Assembly: GCA_951406725.2 (NCBI GenBank) | Contig: OX597814.1 | Coordinates: 207,080,001 to 207,144,000, forward strand | From: Octopus vulgaris | Taxonomy: Eukaryota | Length of the DNA stretch: 64,000 bases | Reading direction: 5' to 3' | In this document: positions 27,294 to 40,117 of the stretch, piece by piece | Numbering within the stretch: the first letter of the stretch is position 1 | Layout of the letters: each line of letters opens with the position of its first letter | The notes under the pieces: generated by a model | What the model was told of the DNA's origin: nothing | The model's input: only the letters and a program-made list of their open reading frames with translations | Databases searched by the model: none | Made by a program: the position numbers and the translations under genes

Positions 27294-27355
<62 letters not shown>
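27127..27355. repeat. Compound trinucleotide microsatellite (TTC/TCC/TCA/CCA/TTA)
   Basis: Direct inspection. Confidence 0.95.
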
Positions 27356-27399
27356 TTGTTGTCTTTGCACAGCTTCTAATGCTGGAGATGTACTACGGT

Positions 27400-28400
27400 G
27401 TCAGCTGTCCACTACCACTGAACTAAGGTAACACCCCTTATTTTTTTGAGCACCATCCGGAATATTCGATCGGTTCCAAGCAGTGCTGTTTTCTACAAGT
27501 GCTCCGCCCTTATTGCAGCCCGATTTGTTTCATATATTTCTCAAGATTTTTACTCACTTTTCCCAGGGTTCCAACAATTATTGGTACTACTACCACCGTT
27601 TTCATCGACCACAATAGCTTAACCTCCCAAGCTAACCTGTTACATCTATCGACTTTTCTTTCTTTTTTATCGCATTACTTCTTGTCAGCTGGGCACGCTA
27701 TATTTATGATCCAGCATCGTTTCCTTTCTTTCTCAATTAAGACTATTTCTGGTTTCCTATCCTCTATCTCTTGTCGCACTCAATCATAAAATCCCACTGG
27801 ATCTTTGCATTATCATTTTCGATGATGATTTCGGGTTTATGTTTATACTACTGTTTTACTTTGTCGAGTTTATACTTGTTGCAAAGTGTCCAATGGACAA
27901 TCTTTGCTCTATTTTCATGAATTCTCTTATATTCTTTCTGGGTTACTGGTGCACTTTGACTGGTAATACGCCATACGGTTTCCCCATTTTGTCTACAATC
28001 TTTGTACTTATCACTTTCTGCAGTGTTGTCTATTCTGTATTTGATGTAATTGGTTCTTAATGCTTGCTCTTAGGCAGCACAGATTATAGTCTCTGTTCTC
28101 GGTTTTAAATCACTTTTAGTCATCCATAGCCATCTTTTTTCTCTGTCTGTCTTATTTTCAATATCTCTATGAAATTGCCCATGCATTCTTTTCTTTATCC
28201 ACCTATTTTCAGTTTCATTCATTTTCGATTTCTTGTATAGTGCTTTATCTTTGCAATCTTTCATCCTACACAAGCCTAGCCTTCTTACGTCCCCCTCTTT
28301 TTCTTACTACATTAAGTCTGTCTGTACCACTTTCTGGGTAGAGTATCCCATATCTCGTCAACAACTTCCTTGCCTTTCTGTCCAAGCTGTTTAGTTCGTC
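27400..28400 (-). mobile_element. R4/Dong LINE 3' fragment (third subfamily)
   Basis: KRMHGQFHR..WLWMTKSDLKPRTETIICAA and KIQWDF; homologous to 10900-11350; abuts (TTA)n. Confidence 0.8.
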
Positions 28401-28814
28401 CGGTAGCCGCATACCAACCGATATGTTGTATTTCAGTGACGTCTTAGGCACTGATGTCGCAAATAGCCAGTAGGCTTGTGAAAGAATAATTATTAACGAC
28501 AAAAGTATTATTAGTACCAGAAGGCAATGTTTACATCTACCCGAACGTATCAGACGATTCTCTTTTGCGAACGACGTGAATATGTGCGCCCCATGTGTCA
28601 ATATGAGAAGTCCTCTCAAGGTAAATAACTCAGTATTGGGTGTTCTAACAAATCATTCACGTTAAGTTGGATATAAAGATTGTTTTTTGGTACTAATACT
28701 GCTTCTGTCGTTAATAATTATGATTTAAGTGAAGTTAAACAGTTTTTGTGTTTTGCTATATCTAAATTCTCTTCACACTGCAATCGTCTTTCTTTCAATA
28801 TACGGCTTCAGAAA

Positions 28815-29212
28815 AGGCGGCGAGCTGGCAGAAATGTTAGCACACCGGGCGAAATGCCTTGCGGTATTTTGTCTGCTGCTACGTTCTGAGTTCAAATCCC
28901 GCCGAGGTCGACTTTGCCGTTCATCCTTTCGGGGTCCATTAAATAAGTACCAGTTACGCACTGCGGCCGATATGATCGATATATTCCGTTTGTCTGTCCT
29001 TGTTTGTCCCCTCTGTGTTTAGCCCCTTGTGGGTAGTAAAGAAATAGGTATTTCGTCTGTCTTTATGTTCTGAGTTCAAATTCCGCCGAGGTCGACTTTA
29101 CCTTTCATCCTTTCGGGGTCGATTAATTAAGTACCAGTTGCGTACTGAGGTCGATCTAATCAACGTGCCCTCTGCAACAAAATTTCAGGCCTTGTGCCTA
29201 GAGTAGAAACGA
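28815..29212 (+). mobile_element. SINE family B, dimeric copy
   Basis: Same structure as 20715-21112. Confidence 0.88.
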
Positions 29213-29610
29213 ATATACGGCCTCAGATAAAAACATTTAACTCCTATACATGTGCGTGCGCGTGTTTAGGAGTTACATCCGCACACACATGCAACGTCGC
29301 AAATTACACGGACACACACTCATACACACACATACATACATATACATACACATTTAATTTACATTTATGTATATGTGTGTACATGTCTGCCTACATGTTT
29401 GCTTGTCTGTTTGTCTGTCTATCTGTCTGTATTTATGTATGTATGTATGTATGTATGTATGTATGTATGCATGTATGTATATAATGGGATATTGTAAGTG
29501 TACGTGATTCTGTGATTTCTACATACGTCAATACAGATTTCTTTTATTCGAATTATACAACGTATTTAGAGAACAGAATATACCTTCTGAAAATTTCAAA
29601 GCATTTTTAT

Positions 29611-31821
29611 TTAATAAGAAATTGATAAACTGGAATGTGATGCATTGCCATCTTCAAATGTACTTATTGTTTCGATAATTGTATGTGTCATGGATGTAAA
29701 AAAACTCAATTTAGAATTAATTATTGCCAAAAATTTAGGTATCATAGACGTCATCAATATCAGAGTAAACCTTGTGAACGCTGATAAGTCCAAGTCTTCT
29801 CGACTTATTATATTGTTGCAAGCAAAGAAAAAAGATACGATTAGAAACAGTTTTATAATGGATTTACCAATCTCGTATCTCAATGGAAAATGATGGTTAA
29901 CAATTGTCTTGAACAGCTTGGCATTTATGAATTCCTCTCCATATTTTACCTGAACAAATCTTGGACAAACGGTTTTGGTGAGTTTTATAGACTGAACTAT
30001 AACTAATTGATTCTGCTTGATAATGGCTTTCGCAATTGCAACGGTATACACGAAAAACATGGCAACAAACCATACGTCCCCGACATTATCAGGTTTAGCA
30101 AGAACCGTAACAGCTATCGTAAATATGTAATTGCAAAGAATTTGGAAACTTGAAAGAAATATATAGATTGAATAAAGAGCCCACAATATATAAAATGGAA
30201 ACGATAGAATAGTAAAAAGTACTGCAACAATCTCAAAAATATGATTATTATTCCTATAGAGTGGGAAAATATAAACATTGGAATAGCTGAAAGGTAAACT
30301 TGAAATCAAATAAACAATTGGTATTCCATAATAAACGAGGCACAGAAATAATTCACAGACAGAAAATACAGCAAATAAAATTGTAATGGAAACAAAGAGC
30401 CAAAGTGTAATGAATTTCCAGAAAATATTTCTCCTGTAGTAATATAACCAAATTTTCTTGATACGGTTAAACCAAGTATGGATTATTAAATACCAGAAAT
30501 TTGGGTTTAAAGCAGTAGAAATATTAGCTTTCATTATTGCATAGAGTAGATCATAATCCTGTTGTGTAGAAACATTTAAACTGCCATACTTCTCTAATAA
30601 TGTGATATTTTGAATGAGAAATGTGCAAGTGGAACTTCGATGTAATGTATTATAAGCGATAGACTCACTTAAACAACTGGGAAGAACGAAGAGGATAAAG
30701 TTGAAAGATACGTAACAGATTAACCATACAAAGGGACCACCAAAAAAGCCATCAGTATTCTCATAACTTTCTGGGATTCCTAATATTAGGGCGCGATAGC
30801 CCAATGGTATACCATCTCGGTAAAGAATTTCTACTGTTTCATATAAAAAGAAGTAATGCATCAAAAGATCCAGGAAAATTACTGACAGAGAAAATAGAAT
30901 ACAAAGGAATCTTCTTAGTCTTGAGGCAAAGAAAGAGGAATTATGGAAACAAAATAACCAAGACAGAAAATGAGAGAAACTGTAAGTATTATGGTTTTTG
31001 TTGATCCATTCTGATTTGTATGGCAATGTGTTTTGATGCGGAAATGAAGGCAATTTAGCTTGTGAAAGAAGACTAACGATTAACGGAAAAAATATCCACA
31101 CAATTGCTCCGACGATATTTGCATAATTGAGAAACATACTATTTTCCATGATATTTCCAGAACAAATTGATTTTGAGTGATAAACATAGCTTTCATTTTT
31201 ATAGAGTTTACAGCAATAGTTCTTCACCAACTCTCGATTTATACCCAATCTTCTGTTAGCTTTCAATGACTCAGGGCTGTTCTTCTTCATGTCTTGAGAC
31301 AAATTTACAATAAAACACATGTAACCAGATTCTCCCATTTTTAATGTATCGATCACTGCGATTTTCTTCAATTCCTGGAAAATCAAATGTATTAAATCAT
31401 ATCTCTGAATATTTTCTTTCCCACAATTTATATCGACATCAACTCTTGGAGTAGCAATGTAAGCTCCTAATAAATTCAAAGAGTAAATTGAAAAATCATA
31501 ATAGAAATTCTTATACGCTATTAAACCATCTGGTTCGTCTGGAATCCAGGTAAATTGTCTCGCGTTTGCGAAATAATCCATTCGTACGGGTTTCAGAAGT
31601 TCATCAAGCCTTTTATCGGATAAATGGACATCGAAATTGAAAACCTTTTTGTCTGATCTTACTAAACGAGATAAAATCTTATGGACATTGGGAGAAATCT
31701 TAATTTCACAGTTATTTCCAAGTTCCTTCGCTTCTATGTTTAGTGATATTTGAACGACAATAAAAGTAATCACAAGGAAAAGTGAACTGCTTGTTGTTAT
31801 CGTCATCTGCATGGCAGCCAT
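29611..31821 (-). CDS. Uncharacterised multi-pass membrane protein, paralogue 2 (736 aa from ATG 31821)
   Basis: Colinear with paralogue 1 along its length (MAAMQ start, DYFANAR.FTWIPDEPDGLIAYKNFYYDFSIYSLNLL, KNYCCKLYKNES, HHFPLRYEIGKS). The track's TTG start at 31848 lies upstream of a splice acceptor. Confidence 0.9.
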   Translation of the reverse strand: MAAMQMTITTSSSLFLVITFIVVQISLNIEAKELGNNCEIKISPNVHKILSRLVRSDKKVFNFDVHLSDKRLDELLKPVRMDYFANARQFTWIPDEPDGLIAYKNFYYDFSIYSLNLLGAYIATPRVDVDINCGKENIQRYDLIHLIFQELKKIAVIDTLKMGESGYMCFIVNLSQDMKKNSPESLKANRRLGINRELVKNYCCKLYKNESYVYHSKSICSGNIMENSMFLNYANIVGAIVWIFFPLIVSLLSQAKLPSFPHQNTLPYKSEWINKNHNTYSFSHFLSWLFCFHNSSFFASRLRRFLCILFSLSVIFLDLLMHYFFLYETVEILYRDGIPLGYRALILGIPESYENTDGFFGGPFVWLICYVSFNFILFVLPSCLSESIAYNTLHRSSTCTFLIQNITLLEKYGSLNVSTQQDYDLLYAIMKANISTALNPNFWYLIIHTWFNRIKKIWLYYYRRNIFWKFITLWLFVSITILFAVFSVCELFLCLVYYGIPIVYLISSLPFSYSNVYIFPLYRNNNHIFEIVAVLFTILSFPFYILWALYSIYIFLSSFQILCNYIFTIAVTVLAKPDNVGDVWFVAMFFVYTVAIAKAIIKQNQLVIVQSIKLTKTVCPRFVQVKYGEEFINAKLFKTIVNHHFPLRYEIGKSIIKLFLIVSFFFACNNIISREDLDLSAFTRFTLILMTSMIPKFLAIINSKLSFFTSMTHTIIETISTFEDGNASHSSLSISY

Positions 31822-31831
31822 ATTTCGTTTT

Positions 31832-31855
31832 CTGTAAGAGAAAAACAAGATAGAT
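31832..31855 (-). promoter_or_regulatory. Putative 5'-UTR intron splice acceptor, paralogue 2
   Basis: Minus strand cttgtttttctcttacAG|aaaacgaaat ATG. Confidence 0.65.
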
Positions 31856-32596
31856 AGAAGTCATAAAATATTGAAGATTCATTTTAGTTTCGTTATTTTA
31901 TAAATATTTGAAAATAAAGAGTATTTAATTAAAAATGAATGTAAATCTATTTTATTATTTATTTACTAGAAAGACAAATGTTGTGGCCAGCGGAGCAGAG
32001 GTCATATTGTATTTTGTGCTTTGCAAGTTCCTATTTTAGTTGTAATATTTCTTAATTTAAATTTTGATGAAGGAAGTACCGCAGAAGTACCATTTGGTTT
32101 GCCACCCCACCATCTCTCTTAACACAAAAAACTCCTGTAGGTAGAATATTCCTTAAATTAATAGTAAACATTTCACTAGCTCCCATAGGTACGGTTACAT
32201 TTTTAACAGGCTCAAAGTTAGAGCCTCTTTTACATGTCGGCCAATATTAAGAGCATTCTAGTTAGCGGCCCCGGGCCACGGGACGAGGAAGGATGTTCCT
32301 GCAAGGACTGCAAAAGGTGCAACATGGGAGGCCACTGCAAAACCAAAGGGGCCTTCTACTAAGTTGAAGTACTAGCAAACCCTGGCAATACGACCGGTAG
32401 AACCAGTAGCAGCAGCCGTAGATAGAGGAACAGAACCGGCAATGCCACCACCATCTCCACAGTTACCAACATTGACAACACCAGCGACAGCCATGGGCAG
32501 TTCCCCCGACGGCATCGACGACAACAACAACAGCCACATCGCCATATATATGTGTGCATGCGTGTGTGTGTGTGTGTGTGTGTAACAAATAATACA

Positions 32597-32658
<62 letters not shown>

Positions 32659-32797
32659 TATATAGATACAGGACGTCACCAACGGTGCAAATAACATGAA
32701 ATACGTAAACAACGAGAAAAATGGAAAACAGGGCAAGTAAATACTGAGAAAAGACCCTTCATCAGGGTTGAGTGCTCGAAATGAGAAGATAGACTGC

Positions 32798-32985
<188 letters not shown>

Positions 32986-33333
32986 AGAAAATATCTTTAT
33001 CTTAGATCACCCTTTAAAAAGCGAACAAGTATGCCATCTACATTAACATATACATAGATACACACGCACACACACACATATAATATATATATACACACAC
33101 AAAGCATGGGGGGAGGGGTAGTTCACAGGTAATCTTGATCTAAACGATTAGGTAGGCTAGGTAAATGCTGTAACGATTATTTGGTCTCCATGGTTATAGC
33201 CGAGACGGCAGTTATGGAGCCATTGCAGATTTCCGATACAGCAGATGTATAATTGTTAAAAAGGACAACAAGCATTAAGGCAAGGCAAACATCTCAAGTC
33301 GTATACAATATTATTACAGGAAGAAATTCAAAG

Positions 33334-33387
33334 TCTTACAACTGTTTCTGGGATATCCCCGAGTATGGGATATTCCGTCGTCAGAGA
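33334..33387 (-). ncRNA. Minimal type I hammerhead ribozyme motif
   Basis: TCT-CTGACGA-(stem II containing ATATCCC/GGGATAT)-GAAAC-AGTT-GTA-AGA; homologue of 5929-5982. Confidence 0.75.
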
Positions 33388-33534
33388 CATCTAGGGAAAA
33401 ATACGAAAAATGAGAATGGTATGTATTAATGAGATGACGAAAGAGAGGCAGAATAAGGAGACGGAAAGAAAGAAGAAAACAGAAGTATATAATTCATAGT
33501 TTAACTTTCGGAAGTTGTAGAAACAAGAGCATGA

Positions 33535-36500
33535 GTCCTTAGGTGCAACGCTGCGTAGATCCATGAGGGTACGTCCTTAGGTGCAACCCTGCGTAGATCC
33601 ATGAGCGTAAGTCCTTAGGTGCAACACTGCGTAGATCCATGAGCGTACGTCCTTAGGTGCAACCCTGCGTAGATCCATGAGCGTAAGTCCTTAGGTGCAA
33701 CCCTGCGTAGATCCATGAGCGTAAGTCCTTAGGTGCAAACCTGCGTAGATCCATGAGCGTAAGTCCTTAGGTGCAACCCTGCGTAGATCCATGAGCGTAA
33801 GTCGTTAGGTGCAACTCTGCGTAGATCCATGAGCGTAAGTCCTTAGGTGCAACCCTGCGTAGATCCATGAGAGTAAGTCCTTAGGTGCAACACTGCGTAG
33901 ATCCATGAGCGTACGTACTTAGGTGCAACCCTGCGTAGATCCATGAGCGTAAGTCCTTAGGTGCAACCCTGCGTAGATCCATGAGCGTAAGTCCTTAGGT
34001 GCAACCCTGCGTAGATCCATGAGCGTAAGTCCTTAGAAGCAACCCTGCGTAGATCCATGAGCGTAAATCCGTAGGTGCAACCCTGCGTAGATCCATGAAC
34101 GTAAGTCCTTAGGTGCAAACCTGAGTAGATCCATGAGCGTACGTCCTTAGGTGCAAACCTGCGTAGATCCATGAGCGTACGTCCTTAAGTGCAAACCTGC
34201 GGAGATCCATGAGCGTAAGTCCTTAGGTGCAACCCTGCGTAGATCCATGAGCGTAAGTCCTTAGGTGCAAACCTGCGTAGATCCATGAGCGTAAGTCCTT
34301 AGGTGCAACCCTGCGTAGATCTATGAGCGTAAGTCCTTAGGTGCAACTCTGCGTAGATCCATGAGCGTAAGTCCTTAGGTGCAACCTAGCGTAGATCCAT
34401 GAGCGTAAGTCCTTAGGTGCAACACTGCGTAGATCCATGAGCGTAAGTCCTTAGGTGCAACCTGCGTAGATCCATGAGCGTAAGTCCTTAGGTGCAACCC
34501 TGCGTAGATCCATGAGCGTAAGTTCCTTAGGTGCAACCCTGCGTAGATCCATGAGCGTAAGTCCTTAGGTGCAACCCTGCGTAGATCCATGAGCGTAAAT
34601 CCGTAGGTGCAACCCTGCGTAGATCCATGAACGTAAGTCCTTAGGTGCAACCCTGCGTAGATCCATGAGCGTAAGTCCTTAGGTGCAACCCTGCGTAGAT
34701 CCATGAGCGTAAGTCCTTAGGTGCAACCCTGCGTAGATCCATGAGAGTAAGTCCTTAGGTGCAACCCTGCGTAGATCCATGAGCGTACGTACTTAGGTGC
34801 AACCCTGCGTAGATCCATGAGCGTAAGTCCTTAGGTGCAACCCTGCGTAGATCCATGAGCGTAAGTCCTTAGATGCCACCCTGCGTAGATCCATGAGCGT
34901 AAGTCCTTAGGTGTAAACCTGCGTAGATCCATGAGCGTAAGTCCTTAGGTGCAACCCCGCGTAGATCCATGATCGTAAGTCCTTAGGTGTAACACTGCGT
35001 AGATCCATGAGCGTACGTCGTTAGGTGCAACCCTGCGTAGATCCATGAGCGTAAGTCCTTAGGTGCAACACTGCGTAGATCCATGAGCGTAAGTCCTTAG
35101 GTGCAACCCTGCGTAGATCCATGAGCGTAAGTCCCTAGGTGCAACCCTGCGTAGATCCATGAGCGTAAGTCCTTAGGTGCAACTCTGCGTAGATCCATGA
35201 GCGTAAGTCCTTAGGTGCAAAACTGCGTAGATCCATGAGCGTAAGTCCTTAGGTGCAACCCTGCGTAGATCCATGAGCGTAAGTCCTTAGATGCAACCCT
35301 GCGTAGATCCATGAGCGTAAGTCCTTAGGTGCAACCCTGCGTAGATCCATGAGCGTAAGTCCTTAGGTGCAACCCTGCGTAGATCCATGAGCGTAAGTCC
35401 TTAGGTGCAACCCTGCGTAGATCCATGAGCGTAAGTCCTTAGGTGCAACCCTGCGTAGATCCATGAGCGTAAGTCCTTAGGTGCAACCCTGCGTAGATCC
35501 ATGTGCGTACGTCGTTAGGTCAACCCTGCAGATCCATGAGCGTAAGTCCTTGGTGCAACCCTGCGTAGATCCATGAGCGTAAGTCCTTAGGTGCAACCCT
35601 GCGTAGATCCATGAGCGTAAGTCCTTAGGTGCCTTAGGTGCAAACCTGCGTAGATCCATGAGCGTAAGTCGCTTAGGTGCAACCCTGCGTAGATCCATGA
35701 GCGTAATTCCTTAGGTGCAACCCTGCGTAGATCCATGATCGTAAGTCCTTAGGTGCAACCCTGCGTAGATCCATGAGCGTAAGTCCTTAGGTGCAACCCT
35801 GCGTAGATCCATGAGCGTAAGTCCTTAGGTGCAACCCTGCGTAGATCCATGATCGTAAGTCCTTAGGTGCAACCCTGCGTAGATCCATGAGCGTAAGTCC
35901 TTAGGTGCAACCCTGCGTAGATCCATGAGCGTAAGTCCTTAGGTGCAACCCTGCGTAGATCCATGAGCGTAAGTCCTTAGGTGCAACCCTGCGTAGATCC
36001 ATGAGCGTACGTCGTTAGGTGCAACCCTGCGTAGATCCATGAGCGTAAGTCCTTAGGTGCAACCCTGTGTAGATCCATGAGAGTAAGTCCTTAGGTGCAA
36101 CCCTGCGTAGATCCATGAGCGTACGTACTTAGGTGCAACCCTGCGTAGATCCATGAGCGTAAGTCCTTAGGTGCAACCCTGCGTAGATCCATGAGCGTAA
36201 GTCCTTAGGTGCAACCCTGCGTAGATCCATGAGCGTAATTCCTTAGGTTCCTTAAGTCCTTAGGTGCAACCCTAAGCGTAGATCCATGACGTAGCGGGCA
36301 ACCTGCGTAAGTAGTCCTTAGGTGCAACCCTGCGTAGATCCATGAGCGTAAGTCCTGTGCAACCTGGATGCAACCGTGCGCGTAGATCCATGAGCGTAAG
36401 TCCTTAGGTGCAACCCTGCGTAGATCCATGAGCGTAAGTCCTTAGGTGCAACCCTGCGTAGATCCATGAGCGTAAGTCCTTAGGTGCAACCCTGCGTAGA

Positions 36501-37168
36501 TCCATGAGCGTAAGTCCTTAGGTGCAACCCTGCGTAGATCCATGAGCGTAAGTCCTTAGGTGCAATCCTGCGTAGATCCATGAGCGTCCTTAGTACGTCC
36601 TTAGGTGCAACCTGCGTAGATCCATGAGCGTAAGTCCTTAGGTACAACCTGCGTAGATCCATGAGCGTAAGTCCTTAGGTGCAACCCTGCGTAGATCCAT
36701 GAGCGTAAGTCCTTAGGTGCAACCCTGCGTAGATCCTTGAGCGTAAGTCCTTAGGTGCAACCCTGCGTAGATCCATGAGCGTAAGTCCTTAGGTGCAACC
36801 CTGCGTAGATCCATGAGCGTACGTCCAGGTGCAACCCTGCGTAGATCCATGAGCGTCCGTCGTTAGGTGCAACCCTGCGTAGATCCGAGTCCGTCGTTAG
36901 GAGCGTAAGTCCTTAGGTGCAACCCTGCGTAGATCCATGAGCGTAAGCAACCCTGCGTAGATCCATGAGCGTCCGTCGTTAGGTGCAACCCTGCGTAGAT
37001 CCATGAGCGTCCGGTGCAACCCTGTTATGAGTGTAGACCCTGCGTAGATCCATGAGCGTAAGTCCTTAGGTGCAACCCTGCGTAGATCCATGAGCGTAAG
37101 TCCTTAGGTGCAACCCTGCGTAGATCCATGAGCGTACGTCCTTAGGTGCAACCCTGCGTAGATCCATG
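33535..37168. repeat. 38-bp minisatellite array, ~95 units
   Basis: Unit GTCCTTAGGTGCAACCCTGCGTAGATCCATGAGCGTAA, head-to-tail with no spacers; copy number estimated as length/38. Confidence 0.97.
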
Positions 37169-37366
37169 TGGGTTAAAATTCTGATACGGTAGACATCCAG
37201 AGAAAAAAGTTGCGAACATATCAACGTTCAATAACAGAATGGTAGCGTGGGGGGTATTAAGCAGTAAAAGGAAAGAAGTGAAGCTAAATGGAAAGAGAGG
37301 TAGATAGAGTGTGAGTGTGCGTGGGTGAATTGAAGTTCTATGATGGATAATTGGAGAGAGAGAGAG

Positions 37367-37399
<33 letters not shown>

Positions 37400-37403
37400 T
37401 TAG

Positions 37404-37455
<52 letters not shown>

Positions 37456-37551
37456 TAGTGATCAGGTAATTTGGCTCCCGATCCTAAGGATATATTTTGT
37501 GTCGTTAGTTCTAATTTCCTTTGGTAAAATTGAAAAACGTTGGCTGCCTTA

Positions 37552-37612
<61 letters not shown>

Positions 37613-37925
37613 GCCAAGAATAACCCGTCATTTTTTGCCTGTTTGTTTTAATTGTCATTTCTCCTGTCCGCCTTTTCATCGTCTGTCTGTTCGAATATTT
37701 TATTGTCCTCTGTTGCATTTTTGTTCCATTTTTATATTTATATATACATATATATTTCTTTACCAGATCGAATTGTCTCAAGTGTAACTGCCCGAAACAG
37801 TAAGGACATCTGGTAACTTGACTGAGGATGAAGGCCTGTCCTTCTGATTGTTGTTTCTCCTGTCCGCCTTTGTATCGTCTCTCTGTCCGAATGTTTTATT
37901 GTCCTCCTTTGCATTTTTCTTCCAT

Positions 37926-37981
<56 letters not shown>

Positions 37982-38218
37982 TGTAAGATCCAGTTATCGT
38001 GGCATAGGAAGAAAGTTAGGCTCAAACAATCAGTAGTAAATATAAAAAAAGCAAATTTCAGGGTCAATAGATGTTTATTGAAACAGAAGATCGCCGATTT
38101 TTCTCGTATTTTATATTTCACGGTAGGCGACCAGTGTTGCCGGGTGTCCCAATAAGGATCAAATGCTTACTGAATGGAGTAGATATCTGGATCTTATATA
38201 CTACATTCTCTCTGTCAT

Positions 38219-38261
<43 letters not shown>

Positions 38262-38325
38262 GTTATACACACACACACATATATATTTATATATATAGAC
38301 ATATATATATATATATATACATATA

Positions 38326-38387
<62 letters not shown>

Positions 38388-38406
38388 TATATACATATAT
38401 ATATAC

Positions 38407-38515
<109 letters not shown>

Positions 38516-38844
38516 TTAGACTTTTATATTTCCGCTAATGAACTGGAATACCTATGATTCGAATTTAATCAAAATTTGGAATGAAGAATTTTAATTAGAG
38601 CTCTTTCCCTCTTTACACAACCTAACAAAAATTCTAATCATGACACATTTATCCCATACTACTCATGTTTATGCCCAGATTCCAAAATCCTAATCTTATG
38701 GAACCTATTCCAAGGGCTTTTGCTCCTGAAAAATGGAGCTGATGGAGCTCTAAAATGTGGGAGTTAAGGCCCTTATTGGAGGAGTGGGGGTGTCTGAAAG
38801 TCAACTAGAGTAGTTAAATTGTTAGGAATCTTTTAACTTACTTT

Positions 38845-39245
38845 TTACTCTTTTACTTGTTTCAGTCATTTGACTGCGGCCTTGCTGGAGCACCGCCTTT
38901 TTAGTCGAAGAAATCGACCCTCAGGACTTATTCTTTGTAAGCCTAGTACTTATTCTATCGGTCTCTTTTGCCGAACCGCTAAGTTACGGGGACGTAAACA
39001 CACCACCATCGGTTGTCAAGTGATGTTGGGGGACAGACACAGACACACAAACACACACACACACATAAATATACATATATACGACGGGCTTCTTTCAGTT
39101 TCCGTCTACCAAATCCACTCACAAGGCTTTGGTCGGCCTGGGGCTATAGTAGAAGACACTTGCCCAAGGTGCCACGCAGTGGGACTGAACCCGGAACCAT
39201 GTGGTTCTTTAACAAGCTACTTACCACACAGCCACTCCTACGCCT
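38845..39245 (-). mobile_element. SINE family A, full-length
   Basis: tRNA-like head at 39245-39180, internal microsatellite, stem-loop tail and (GTAAAA)n-like end. Confidence 0.9.
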
Positions 39246-39862
39246 ATGGGTCTTATATCTATTGAATGTTCACTGGGTTTGTAAAAGAGAGCAAAGCTAT
39301 AGGAAACCAAAAGACGAATGATCACAATAAGCAGTCAGCTACCCTACCCTCATCGTTACTACTCCCCAATGTAGGATTCCTCACCATTCAGGTGACGGGC
39401 ACAACCATAAGATGCATTCCGGATCTATAGCAATTGGAAGGATGTGGGGAAAGTGTCACCTCTGGAGTTTGCCAATTATCACTATGCCGATAAGTAACTA
39501 GACAAAATAAATTTGAAATCTATAAATCTCTTTGAATAACCAGTCACTTATCTGCGAAGGCCTTGAAATCAATGTTCACATCTGAGGACTATCTCTGACC
39601 CAGTGAAAATAAAAAGACCCAAAGGAGATCTGCAACCAAATAACTTTACTCAACTCTTTGGAGGCAAAGATTCTCCTCCTTTACTTGACAATTTATTCAC
39701 CACATTGCAGAAATCACAATCTAAGTATATCCCAAAGCAAACTCTTACACTGTTGTACCATTGAATTACAAATAACGGTCATCTTTTATGCTCGGGTGAC
39801 CCTACAGCTTCCAAATGTACAATTGTATTCATCTTGGCTTTAAATAAATGAGTAAATTGTTG

Positions 39863-39907
<45 letters not shown>

Positions 39908-40081
39908 AAACAGTTGCGGAATGGATCAGATAAGACCCGGATTTTAGCTATTCCATTCCGTAAATCTATATTTCGCATATATGTAGAAGATATGTAGAAG
40001 GTTGAAAAGAACACACGACTTGATATATATGGAAAAAAAGTCAAAGTAGAAAATGCTAAAATAATCTTATAAAAAACATTT

Positions 40082-40117
40082 CAGTACCGGTTTCAGTCAT
40101 TGAGACTTTTTCAACTG
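40082..40117 (-). ncRNA. Hammerhead motif with U3-A8 core variant
   Basis: CAG-TTGAAAA-AGTC-TCAAT-GACT-GAAAC-CG-GTA-CTG. Confidence 0.6.

Noticed and set aside
26918-27426. Low-complexity N/D/K or S/H/Y-rich protein
   Set aside because: Compound trinucleotide microsatellite between two Dong fragments.
31822-31848. N-terminal extension MFFSYRKRN of paralogue 2
   Set aside because: It starts at TTG inside a polypyrimidine tract before a conserved acceptor; paralogue 1 starts at the MAAMQ ATG.
33957-37091. MDLRRVAPKDLRSW repeat ORFs
   Set aside because: The 38-bp unit is not a multiple of 3 and the frame hits a stop every few units; these are satellite artefacts.
33535-37168. CRISPR array (38-bp repeat)
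   Set aside because: Units are head-to-tail with no unique spacers, there are no cas genes, and the context is eukaryotic.
38850-38880. SINE A tail (stem-GAAAC-AA-GTA) as a hammerhead
   Set aside because: No CUGANGA-like core upstream; better explained as a LINE-derived recognition stem-loop.
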